DNA of 64,000 bases from Heterodontus francisci (Eukaryota): contig NC_090412.1 of NCBI RefSeq assembly GCF_036365525.1, forward strand, positions 5,374,123 through 5,438,122, in the 5' to 3' direction. The translations under genes were made by a program, and so were the position numbers. Positions 34,598 through 45,997 of the stretch are shown in pieces; the first letter of the stretch is position 1, and every line of letters begins with the position of its first letter. The notes under the pieces were generated by a model. That model ran no database searches. It had not been told where the DNA came from and saw only the letters and a program-made list of their open reading frames with translations.

Positions 34598-37500
34598 GCA
34601 TAATGGCTGCCTGTTTAAAAACAATGACCAAACACTTCAGTTTGATGTTCATAATTGCTTTGAAATATAATTGATATAGTTGCTCATTATAATGAACCAA
34701 CAGAACAATTTATTTCAATGTTAATATTTTGTTTGTAGTGCTTTGGAGCACAAGCTATTCCAAAAACAACTTGACTTAGCATTTCTGCATGGCAAACAAG
34801 TTTTCCTAAAAGGAAGTTACTGCAATTATAATTTGGCAAAAAAACAAAATCTGTCTGCTGCAATACGATAAAGTTGCTAATTGCTATTACTTAACCTTCA
34901 TTGACCAGATGTGGGTGGAGTGCTGTACAATGCTTAACGAAGGCATAACTCACCAAATATCTGCTTCGTTCTGTTTTAATTAGCTGGAGTGCTTGCTTTC
35001 CAGTTTCATGTCTGTAATTCTGAAAGCAGGATGCCTCCAGGCATGCATAGCCATCTGAAGCATTACCAGACAGCTGACTGATTAATAGACTCTTTTCAGT
35101 CACTGATGTTAAAAGCAGGGCCTTTATTATCTCAGTTAGGAACCCCTTTATGACAAAGGATGCAGAAAAGAGCCTTAATGTACACATTGTGCCCCTATCA
35201 TTATGCTACAAACAGTTTCCTGTATCCTTGATGCAAAACAAGCTACAGTATGTCTCCATCTGACAGCCATTTATTTTCCCCTTTATTTGAGCCCACTGCC
35301 AGACTTGTTTTCTTGGCTGGGTTTGTTCCATTGAAAAACCAGTGGGAGAGAATTGAGAGCTTTATGATTATTTTTATAAGAATCCTCATCTCCTGGTTTG
35401 TGAGGTATACATAAAATTCCCCCAGGAAATTGGATTCCAAAAGGCTTTCTGGCTGAATCATGATAATGCTGGAGTGCGCGGTTTTAATTTTAACTCTATG
35501 CAGTCGTTGAGTTGAAGCAGGGCTGTCACAGAATAAGCTCAATGTGTTGTTGCTCGCAGTTGGGGCTGATTGAATTATCAAATGTTACCATTGTCTCGTC
35601 TTCTTTTAAATTTTAATTTTGACAATCAGAGTAGAACAACTTATATTTAAGCAGTGATTCATCAGATCTCTCACAAAACATCCCAACGGGCTTCACGTAC
35701 AGTGTATTGCTTTGAAGTGCAGTGCTTGTTGGTAAGTGCGTACGCACTGTGAAAGATATCAGGGAACCACCTTTGAACATTTTACTACATAAACGGTGCT
35801 ATATGAATGCGAGTTATTGTTGACTAGAGTAGATAGCTCTGATATGGTGCAGAGATGTATGATAGGCAGATAAGAATCTATGCTGCTCAAGTCAAAATGA
35901 CCCAAAATGTGACTGATTTCCTCCTTCTCTGTTCAAAACTCTATGCTCCGATCTGTCACTGGGTTATCAACCGAACCTGGTTTCCAGAGCAGAATGTTGT
36001 TGTAACTAACCATATTAGAGAAACTCCACAGTAGAACAAAGGAACACCTTTGAGTCCCTTTTTCTGCTTAAGAATTTGCCATGCTAGCTTACCTATCTCA
36101 GAGCAAGAAAGTTGTATTCACTTTACTACCCACTTTATTTCACTCGATTCCTACTCCTCCAAGTAAATGAGTCCTATAAAGAACACTGGAACAGTGCGAG
36201 TATTCTTGTGCATAATTTGACCAGAAGCAAAATACAGGAATTTCTGAGTTGAACTCACAGTGAACTGTTCTGTCAGTTATCGGCAGGAGGCACTGAGCCC
36301 TCCGGGTGGCTCAGTTCCCAGCAAAATGCTGAAAGCTGAAGTTTCCTGGTTCTGTTCTGTGCTGATTTAGCAAAGCTTGGCAAAGATTTGTAACCAAAGG
36401 ACTGGTGTAAGGGTGAGGTGTTGCTCCGGTACCCAAAAACGCCTTGAGAGTCGGATGTCTTGTCCAAACGAGCGATCTTTATTACGAGCATGCAAGGAGA
36501 GGTCCTACTCTCACAAAGGTTTGTAGGGATTCTAACAGTACAATGTTTGAGCTGTCATTTTATACAGATTATAGGAGGTTTACTTGACGAGCTGTTTCTT
36601 TAATTACATCATCTCCCATCTACTGTCTTCCCTAATCTCATCCTGCCTTGATTATATTATTCACCTTGTCAACCTCTTGATTAGGTTATTCATGTGACTT
36701 GTGTGTCTAACATGCAAGCTTTTCTCAAGTTTCAGGGACCTAAGTTACGCCAAGTATCCCATGATTCCCTAAGCCAGTCTCCCCTTCTACTGGGAAGGGG
36801 AAAATCCAGCTGGGATTCCTAGTTTTGCCCACTCTCTGATGCTCACTTCTGCAAAGTACATGGGCAGTGGGTGAAGACAGGCTTGACCAGAATTTGGTGC
36901 CACCATTGCTGAACAGCCTGGCGGTACCCACTGTCTAGCTCAATTGTCAGCAACACGTGGCTCTGGAGCGTTTTTCAACCTGGTTGGAAGAGAAGGGGTT
37001 CATGCATCACTTACTGTCCATCTTCAGATCAACTGAGCTGTGTGAGCAAGTGTGTTCAAGTGTGAATTTCATAAAAATCAAGTTGATCCAATTGAACGAT
37101 GGAAGTTTACAGTGTGCTTGATACTGTTTAGGTATTGAACCACTCTCCAAAGAAATCCAACAGCAGAAATCGCATTAAAGTAAAAGCTATTATTTTCATT
37201 TCCTTTTTTTTTTGCATCCATCTTCTTATTTACGCCAAGAGAACGATGCCCATCTTCCGTCATGTTTTTCATTATTACTGGCACTTGAGTAACAAGCACT
37301 GCAGCTCTTAAGATACTGCGTTTTTGACTACATTTAAAAAATGGCTCTTCTTGTTATTAAGGTTGGTGACGCCTGGTTGAGGTATACCCGTTAAGAGTGG
37401 GTCACTTGAGCAATGCAGGAGAGGTATATGGTATTTGGGCACTGCAGCAGGGCAGCAGTGGGCGAGAGTTTTGGAATTGGAAGAGCAAGTATAACAAGCT

Positions 37501-37760
37501 AGTATCTACTGTTACGGCTGGTGAGGAAGGGGTTACAGGCTCCCCTCTTGTCCTTCCTCTTATTTGACCCCAACAAGGTTTATTCCTTTTAAATAGTGGT
37601 TGTGCTTACCACCTCTAAGTGTTTTACCTTTTACCTTTAATGTGATTGTGAAAGAACCAATCGGACAGGATTTCTTGAGTTTAAACAAGAAAGAGTTGAG
37701 TTTATTATACTTAATAATATAAACCCGATCTAAAAAAAATACGCTGCCACATTCACGCGA

Positions 37761-37761
<1 letters not shown>

Positions 37762-37833
<72 letters not shown>
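37762..37833. repeat. (AC)36 microsatellite
   Basis: Perfect dinucleotide run of 72 bp. Confidence 0.97.
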
Positions 37834-37835
<2 letters not shown>

Positions 37836-37909
37836 AGATTACAGAGTGAAAAGTAGATTTTTGTGGTTGGATTAGAGTCCAGAATAAATGGAAATTAAAT
37901 ACACACTCT

Positions 37910-38699
37910 GGGCTTAATTTTACCAGCCCCTCGACGCTGCCAGTCGTGGAGTGGGGGCTGGTAAAATGTTACGGGGAGAGGCCCGCCTCGACCCGCGACG
38001 TTGAGAAGGGCCCGCCGCATATTACCAGCGGCGGGGAGACCTCAGTGCGCACCCACCCCCTCAACGCCCCGCGCTTGACGGTGGGCCCTTCATCTGCATA
38101 TTTAAATTGACATTAATTACATTCAAATGAACCTACCTGCCGTCCCACGCCGATTTTATGGCCCCCATTCAGCTTTCGCACAGCTTCGGAACTCCATGTG
38201 GAGTTCCGAGGGCGAGAACCTGGTTGGGAGGAGGGAGTAATAAACATTTCAGGGCGGGAGGGGTGGAGGAGCGGGGAAATCAATTTTATTGGATGTGGGG
38301 ATGGTGGGAAGGGGTTATAGGCCAAATGTTATAAGTTTAGGGGGTAAAATTCGGAAGGGAAAAGGGAATGTGTTGTAATCATTTTGGGGGGGTTGGGGAA
38401 GGGCCTTTCGCATATTTCGTATTGTTTAATAAAAATTTAATGCTGCTGCTCGTTTAAAAATTTTAATTAATTCTAAGGGCTTAAAGCCCCTTAAAAATGG
38501 TGCCGGTGCTGGACGCTGTTGCCGGGGATGCGGAGACCACCATTACACGTCATCCGGGGCGGGCGCTCTGCCCCCACTATTTAAATGAGCCCCCGCGCGA
38601 AATATCGCAGGGGCTCCTCGCCGGCCACTGAATGTGGGCAACCTGCCAAGTTCAAAGGGCAACCATTGCGGAGAATGGCGCCTGAATAAAATTCAGCCC
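37910..38699. mobile_element. PIF/Harbinger-like MITE
   Basis: TIRs gggcttaatttta / taaaattcagccc; 3-bp TSD TCT (37907-37909 and 38700-38702); CpG-rich interior. Confidence 0.85.
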
Positions 38700-39679
38700 T
38701 CTGTGAGGTTGGATGATTTGGTGGTCTTCTGGATGAAGTTGTATTCTTGAAGTCTTTGGCTGGTCAAAGTGCACTTTGTGGCCGGCCCGCTTAGCTCAAG
38801 GTTTTCTTGGAGACAGACTTGTAGGTGGCTCTCTTCCCCTGGTCTCTCTCTGTAGCAATCTGTCGGCTTGGAGGATCCACAGTCATGAATGGTTTTCAAA
38901 CTTATGGTGTTATCTGGGGGGAGAGAGAGCGAGATAGAGGAAGACACACGCCCTTTCTGCCGCTGTCTGAGTTACTCACTTGACTCTCTTTGTTCAAGGA
39001 AACTCCCAGCTTTCACAGAAATGGAGAGGCGGTTACAGGCTGCCTCAGTGTATTCTCTTCGAATGAGATTCACATTTCGGAATTGGCTCCCCAGGCCCCA
39101 GGATGCCAATATTTACACTTGGAGGGGTTTGCTCTTTCAAAGTCAAGGTGTTAGGTTTGCCTTGAATGCTAAGCTAATGAAGCAATCTTAGTTTATTCAA
39201 ATGCTTAGAGCAAGCCATTGTTCTGAGTCCTCAGACCTCTGTCTCCTGTGGGACCTTCGAATGTGAAAAGGTGTTTCTGATACAAATTGCAGTGGTCATC
39301 TTGTGCCAGTTTCTTAAAAGTTAACTGCAGGATTTTTCCATTAAATGTTTAATGTAAGTTTCCAACCAATGAATTAATATAAAAGCAAAATACTGCGGAT
39401 GCTGGAAATCTGAAATAAAAACAACTTTCACGGATGTAGGTGGGAAGAGACTGGACCAGCGGAGAAAAGATAGAGTCTAGATAGGAAGAAATAAGTTCAG
39501 TGGGGCCTTGAATTAATATTCCTTATTTGGCATATTGTTTTTTTTTGACCCTACTATATGGAGTACTGCTGTGTACTCTGACAGAGTTTCTGAATTAGGA
39601 TGGACTTCTGCAGTAGTAGATGAGTTCATTGTGGAGTTATGCAGGCTAATGTGGAGTGGTACAATAGCATATAATAATG

Positions 39680-39830
39680 TGAGCTGTTGTTCGGTGGGTA
39701 GCACTCTCGCTTTTGAATCAGCAGGTTGTGGGTTCAAGTTCCACTCCAGATACATGAGTACAAAATCTAGGCTGACACTCCCAGTGCATTACTGAGGGAG
39801 TGCTGCACTGTCAGCGGTGCCTTATTTTGG
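39680..39830 (+). mobile_element. DeuSINE 5' half
   Basis: tRNA-like head with B box ggttcaagttcc. Confidence 0.8.
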
Positions 39831-39859
39831 GTTATCAATAAAACTTCCATTGTGATAGG

Positions 39860-40080
39860 AACAGAAAATGCTGGAAATACTCAGCAGGTCTGGCAGCATC
39901 TGTGGAGAGAGAAGCAGAGTTAACGTTTCAGGTCGATGACCTTTCATCAGAATCATGAAAAGTCACAGACCTGAAACGTTAACTCTGTTTCTCTCTCCAC
40001 AGATACTGCCTGACCTGCTGATTATTCCCAGCATTTTCTGTTTGTTTTCAGATTTCCAGCATCTGCGGTATTTTGCTTTT
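39860..40080. mobile_element. Head-to-head pair of Penelope pLTR/hammerhead modules
   Basis: 39860-39952 (-) and 39955-40080 (+) are near reverse complements. Confidence 0.9.
39918..39952 (-). ncRNA. Minimal hammerhead ribozyme motif (core intact, stem I shortened)
   Basis: Minus strand reads TT-CTGATGA-A-AGGTC-atc-GACCT-GAAACGT-T-AACT. Confidence 0.65.
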
Positions 40081-40139
40081 GTTGAGGTTTGAGATTTAAC
40101 AGTTTATACATAAATATACATTTATACATTTATACATTG

Positions 40140-40400
40140 AAAATGGCGATGGGGGAAGGAAAGAACAAAAGTCTGTGATCGAGCAGGAGAGATTAAATGA
40201 CAAAAGGGATGATGGTGCAAGGCAAAAGGGGATGGTAATGGGACAAGTAAAGGAACAAAAGGTGGGTCTAGATAAGATGTAAATAGAAGTCTAGAAGGCT
40301 GTCAAATGTCTAATTGTGAGATGAGGTGCTGTTCCCCGTGCCTCCGTTGAGCTTCATTAGAACAGTGTAGGAGGCTGAGAACAAGGAGACCTTGTTATTG
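40140..40400 (-). mobile_element. Penelope 3' body fragment
   Basis: atgaggtgctgttccccgtgcctccgttgagcttcattagaacagtg resembles 49020-49070. Confidence 0.65.
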
Positions 40401-41289
40401 AAGGTGAAGATGTTTGAATGCCAGTTGAAATAGAGAGTCAACATGTGGAAAAATATTCCACTAATTATCTTGTGTTTTGTCAGGTTTGAGCTCAAGCTTT
40501 GGGTCGAAGCACATGGCTGAGTTTTATACCATTTACACTGTTAAGGGGTTTGAGAGCTCATTTCCTAGCAATCTGCGTGGACTTGCAAGTTCTGACTCTG
40601 AAACTGTTGTTGTTTTCTCCATTAGTTACGCTTTGATACCCAGAGCCCCAAGACTGCATGCAGATTGTGTGTGTTGGAATTGAATTGAGCAGCAGAGGGA
40701 GGCTGCAATCAGTCACTGTAGAGAAAGACACGTCCACAGCCAGGAATGCATTTCTCTTGGGCAGTCTGCACATTTCCACTCTTAACTGACAAGGAGAGGG
40801 AAAGGAAATGCTAGCTAAACAGACCCAGAAACACAATTTCTCAGGGATTTTCTTTCCTAGTCTACAATTAATTAGACGTATGAAGTAACCCTGAATTCTT
40901 GAGGCACTGAGAATTCTGAACTAGCGATTGGAAACATATTAACAGCTTGATGCCAACTATTCATTAAAGCGTTGAGGCAGTATGCAGGCCAAAATTAGTT
41001 AGAGGATTCTATCCTTTCCTCCCATATAAAAACAATAAATAAGAGCAGGTTAACTGGACGCGATTATGTTGCTGAGCTTCTGGTATGGATTAAAACCGGT
41101 GGTCAAATATATCAAATGACAGTTTTCAACTATAGGCTGAAATCTTTATTCGATAGTAAAATAAAAGCTGATAGGATCAGTTGAAACTTGATATCACAAA
41201 GAAGAAATTGTATTAAGAGCATAAATTTTGCAAGAAAGATCATTTAAAATTGCAGTTGCAGAGGGTTGCTGTTTTGAAGCCCCATATTG

Positions 41290-41565
41290 TGTGTCAAATC
41301 AATCCACAAAGGAAGTGGAACTACCTGCAGTGCTGGGAGATTCGTTATGTAGCCAAACACAACAGACATACTGCGCATTGCAAGATCCCACTACTGATGA
41401 GGTCAGTGAACAGTTTTAGTGATTGAGGGAGGTATGTTGGTTGTCACCATCACCAGGAAAACTTCCTGCTCTTCTTCAACTTTGACCTGGAATCCTGAAC
41501 CATCGGAACAGGCAGATGGGGGGCCTCTGATGAGCAACTGCTCCAAAAGATGCACCTGCGACAGC
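41290..41565 (-). mobile_element. Old DeuSINE 3' part (continues at 43801-43818 and 44513-44560)
   Basis: ..tgcacctgcgacag | agtgcagctctccctcag | tcctgcacaggagtgccagc rebuilds the contiguous family sequence. Confidence 0.7.
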
Positions 41566-43800
41566 AGGCTGAATTTTCTGCCCGCGGCAGGGCTCCCGGC
41601 ACCGGACTGAAAAGGCAAGGGGAATCCCACCTCGGCCAGCTGAAGCCCACTCGGTGCGATTCTACAGTGGCAGACCAATTAACAGCCCGGCACTGGGACC
41701 CCCAACCCTTTAAAGAGGATGATACTGCATGCACGAGCTGCCGGTCAATCACAGGGCCATGTTCTTTGGGAACTGGGCTGACCGATCCTTTGTCCCCTTC
41801 ACCGTCAGGTCAGATTACCTGAAGGTGCTGGGGATATGGTTCGGAAGGGCCGGGGCGTGCACCAAAACCTAGGAGGAGCGAGCAGCCAAGGTAAAACAAA
41901 AGTTGAGCATGTGGGGGCAGCGATCTCTCTCCATTGTGGGTAAGAACCTTGTCATCGGGTGCGAGGCGCTCACGTTGTTGCTGTACGTGGCGCAGGTCTG
42001 GCCCATACCCCACTCCTGCGCGGTGGCAATCACCCAAGCCATTTTCCGCTTCATCTGGGGATCTAAAATGGACCGGGTCCGGAGGGACACGATGTTCAAA
42101 TCTCTGGTTAAGGGCGGGAAAAATGTACCCAACGTGGCCCTCATCCTGATGACCACCTTCGTGTGTGGCTGCATCAAGCTGTGTGTAGACCTCCAGTACG
42201 CAAACTCCAAGTGTCACTACGTGCTGAGGTTCTATCTGTCCCCGGTGTTGCGAAGGATGCGCCTGGTCACATTGCCGCGGAACGTTCCATGCAGTTGGGC
42301 CGTGCCGTACCACCTATCCTTCGTGGAGCAGTTTCTGTGGGAAAACACCTTTGACCACCGGTCCATCAGGCAGTGGTCTGCACGGTATGTCCTCAAGGCC
42401 CTACGGGAAAAGGAGACGGTGGATCCTGTCGGATGGTTCCCCGAGCAGACCGTCAAAGTCATTTGGCGGAATGCCTCATCGCCAGAACTTTCAAACAAGC
42501 ACCAAGACGTAGTTTGGCTGGTGGTGAGAAGGGCCCTCCCCGTCAGATCCTTCATGCACACCCGAAGTCTCGCCCCCTCCGCACAATGACCCGCGGTGGC
42601 TGTGGTGGGGAAGAGACGGTCGCCCACCTCCTCCTGGAATGTGTCTTCGCAAAGCAGGTGTGGAAAGAGATGCAGTGGTTTTTGTCAAGGATCATCCCAA
42701 GCAGCTCTGTAACACAGGGGTCTGTGCTCTACGGGCTGTTCCCAGGGACGTACACCGAGACACACATCAACTGCTGCTGGAGGACTATCAATTCGGTGAA
42801 AGACGCCCTTTGGTCTGCCCGAAACTTGCTGGTCTTCCAGCGCAAAGAGTTGTCCACCACCGAATGTTGCAGACTGGCACATTCCAAGGTCCAGGACTAT
42901 GTGCTGAGGGACGCACTAAAGCTTGGGGCAGCCGCAGCAAAGGCTCGATGGGGAAAGACCACAGTGTAAGGTCCCCCCACCAAGCTGAACTGAGGGGCTG
43001 GATCCATGGGAAACCCCTCGAACTGTATCGGGAAAATTTTGTGTGCTGTAAATGTAAAAATGTATATGGCATGACAAATGTGAAATGGAAGGGTTGTGAG
43101 GCAACTCATGATTGTATTGAAGGAAACTGATCATCTTTGCACTGTTTGTATTTTTTGACTTGATGCTGTTTTAAACTGTTTGGGAATGTAATTTTTACAG
43201 ATTTTTATGAATAAAGTATATTTTGGAAATAAAAAAAAAATCACAGGGCCGGCAGCTCAGCAGTGTTGATAGCGTCACCGGGAGCAATGGCCACTACGAT
43301 ACTGCAGCGGCCTTGGACATAGGCTCAGCGCTGGAGACCCAGACCTCAGGTAAGTGAGGCGGGGTCGCCAGGGCCAGTCCGGAAGGCTCTGGCGATGGTG
43401 GGGGGAGGAGGGGCGTTGAGTACAAGGAGAAGGGGTAAAAGGAATGTGTTTTGTTTGCTGATGGGGCATGTCCACGGGCGATAGATTGCCCACGGAGGAG
43501 AGCCCCTCGTTTTACTGGGTGATCTCCCCATGTGGCGGAGAACCCCTGCCACTGGCTTAATGCCAATGGCTGGGGGAAGAGGCCCCTAAATGTCTGTTAA
43601 TAGGCCTCTTAAAGGGCTCAATTGGCCTCTGGGTGGGAAGGCCATCGTCGGTCTAACCCTCCCCCGACAAAATTACATTGCGACGGGGCAATGACGGGCC
43701 CTCTGTTTCCATCCCCCCACCCCCCCATGCCTCCTATCACAATTTAATGGCCCCCCCCACTCCTCTGAACCTGTCTCGGGGGGCCCATAAACTTCATCCC
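41566..43800. mobile_element. PIF/Harbinger-like MITE hosting a Tx1 insertion
   Basis: TIRs aggctgaatttt / aaacttcatccc; 3-bp flanks AGC/AGT; the interior is contiguous across the Tx1 TSD. Confidence 0.78.
41759..43238 (+). mobile_element. Tx1-clade (L1 group) LINE, 5'-truncated
   Basis: ORF2 C-terminus (LKVLGIWF, WGQRSLSIVGK, FRFIWG, CxxxxC..ETVAHLLLEC zinc finger, WSARN); AATAAA at 43210 and poly(A); 12-bp TSD aatcacagggcc. One in-frame TAG (about 41870) and one frameshift (about 42588). Confidence 0.92.
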
Positions 43801-43818
43801 AGTGCAGCTCTCCCTCAG

Positions 43819-44512
43819 CTGCAGAGCTGGGCTGAGAGATGGCAAATGGAGTTTAATGCGGAAAAGTGCGAGGTGATTCACTTTGGAAGGAGTAACAGGA
43901 ATGCAGAGTACTGGGCTAATGGGAAGATTCTTGGTAGTGTAGATGAACAGAGAGATCTTGGTGTCCAGGTGCATAAATCCCTGAAGTATTGCACCTGGAG
44001 TATTGCGTGCAGTTCTGGTCACCGCATTATAGGAAGGATGTGGAAGCTATGGAAAGGGTGCAGAGGAGATTTACTAGGATGTTGCCTGGTATGGAGGGAT
44101 GGTCTTACGAGGAAAGGCTGAGGGACTTGAGGTTGTTTTCGTTGGAGAGAAGGAGGAGGAGAGGTGACTTAATAGAGACATATAAGATAATCAGAGGGTT
44201 GGATAGGGTGGATAGTGAGAGTCTTTTTCCTCGGATGGTGATGGCAAACACGAGGGGACATAGCTTTAAGTTGAGGGGTGATAGATATAGGACAGATGTC
44301 AGAGGTAGTTTCTTTACTCAGAGAGTAGTAGGGGCGTGGAACGCCCTGCCTGCAACAGTAGTAGACTCTCCAACTTTAAGGGCATTTAAGTGGTCATTGG
44401 ATAGACATATGGATGAAAATGGAATAGTGTAGGTCAGATGGTTTCATAGGTCGGTGCAACATCGAGGGCCGAAGGGCCTGTACTGCGCTGTAATGTTGTA
44501 ATTCTAATCTAA
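43819..44512 (+). mobile_element. CR1 (HER1-like) LINE, 5'-truncated, internal deletion at about 43986
   Basis: Peptides [26 protein letters not shown] and TRGHSFKL..WNALP; tcag duplicated at 43815-43818 and 44513-44516. Confidence 0.93.
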
Positions 44513-44657
44513 TCAGTCCTGCACAGGAGTGCCAGCTGAGATGATGTGTTCAAATCTCTGATGAGGAAGACTCTATGGCAGTTTTTTTATTTCCCTTTGG
44601 ATTTTCCATCACTTCTGAGAGAAAAAGCACCAATATTGGTGGGGGAATGTTACTAAG

Positions 44658-45235
44658 CACATAAGAACTTAGGAACTAGGAGCAGGAGTGGACCATATGA
44701 CCCCTCGAGCATGCTCTGCCGTTCAATACGATCATGGCTGATCTTCTGCGAGAACTCCACTTTCCCAAACTCTCCCCATATCCCTTGATTCCCTTCTTGT
44801 CCAAAAATCCAACTATCTCAGTCTTGAATATACTCATTGACAGAGCATCCACAGTTCTCTAGGGTAGGGCATCACAGTGGTGCAGTGGTTAGCTTCACAG
44901 CTCCAGCGACCCGGGTTCGATTCTGGTTACTGCCTGTGTGGAGTTTGCAAGTTCTCCCTGTGACTGCGTGGGTTTTCGCCGGGTGCTCCAGTTTCCTCCC
45001 ACAGCCAAAGACTTGCAGGTTGATAGGTAAATTGGCCATTGTAAATTACCCCTAGTGTAGGTAGGGGAATTGTGGGGATGTGGTAGGAATATGGGATTAA
45101 TGTAGGATTAATATAAATGGGTGGTTGATGGTCAGCACAGACTCGGTGGGCCGAAGGGCCTGTTTCAGTGCTGTATCTCTAAATAAAAATAAAATTCCAA
45201 AGATTCATAAAGAAATTTCTCCTCACCTTAGTCCT
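44658..45235 (-). mobile_element. CR1 3' tail split by an HE1 SINE
   Basis: ..acagttctctagggta | aattccaaagattca.. is contiguous across the SINE. Confidence 0.75.
44867..45192 (+). mobile_element. HE1-type V-SINE, near full length
   Basis: tRNA head with A box (tggtgcagtgg) and B box (ggttcgattct); V-domain gtgtggagtttgca..gggtgctccagtttcctcccaca; CR1-derived tail gggccgaagggcctgtttc. Confidence 0.92.
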
Positions 45236-45788
45236 TTATAAATGCAAGTCTGTGTTTTTTTTAATTTCAGATATGCAAGCTTGCGATTTAAATATTGGAC
45301 AATATCACTTTGTGCTTCAGTGTTATTCTTAGCTCTGAGGAATTGGGCTTTGTTCCTTTAAATAAGAATCTTCATCGAATGCAGGTGCCAGCAATTGGGT
45401 GATCCAGTAGCTACAGCTAATTATGATCATGTGCTGACTTTTCATTGAATTGAACTTTTCACTTTCAATCCCAGATCAAGATAAAGCAAGATATTAGTAA
45501 TCCATGTGCATTCTCTCAGGTAGAATTAATCTGCCAATTACCAAGGTTATTTGAATTAAAATGGTCCATTAGTTATTGCACTTTTTCTCTTAGCTTATTG
45601 CAAAAAAAAGAGTTATTATCAGAAAGAACAGTTATGTGTTTGAGTCTAGTTTACCTTCATTGTGATTCTCAGATTATGTTGGGAGGGGAAATGGTTAACA
45701 GGCATTATGAGTGAACAAAGGAATAGTCAAGTGTTGGCAGCTAACAGGACAGACTCTGGGTTTACATCTGCAATTCTATAGATAGTGC

Positions 45789-45997
45789 TTTTTTATTTAT
45801 TTAGAGATACAGCATTGAAACAGGCCCTTCGGCCCACCGAGTCTGTGCTGGCCGTCAACCACCCATTTATACTAATCCTACATTAATCCCATTTTCCCTA
45901 CCACATCCCCACCTTCCCTCAATTCTCCTACCACCTACCTACACTAGGGGCAATTTACAATGGCCAATTAACCTATCAACCTGCAAGTCTTTGGCTG
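45789..45997 (-). mobile_element. HE1 V-SINE 3' half
   Basis: Reverse complement of about 45000-45190. Confidence 0.88.

Larger units (their letters stand above)
37510..39380 (-). mobile_element. Solo LTR-like element containing an (AC)n tract and a nested MITE
   Basis: Begins TGTTACG on the + strand and is homologous to the end of 2125-2754. The right boundary is uncertain. Confidence 0.55.

Noticed and set aside
37560-37829. Cys-Val repeat ORF
   Set aside because: It is the translation of the (AC)n microsatellite.
37910-38699. CpG island/promoter of a host gene
   Set aside because: The CpG-rich sequence is exactly bounded by TIRs and a TSD, so it is a MITE.
41903-42969. 228-aa and 198-aa ORFs as a two-gene unit
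   Set aside because: They are two halves of one Tx1 ORF2 split by a frameshift at about 42588, with an upstream in-frame stop.
44867-44925. tRNA gene (also 57632-57695 and 55412-55500)
   Set aside because: These are tRNA-derived SINE heads with A/B boxes but no complete cloverleaf, and they continue into SINE bodies.
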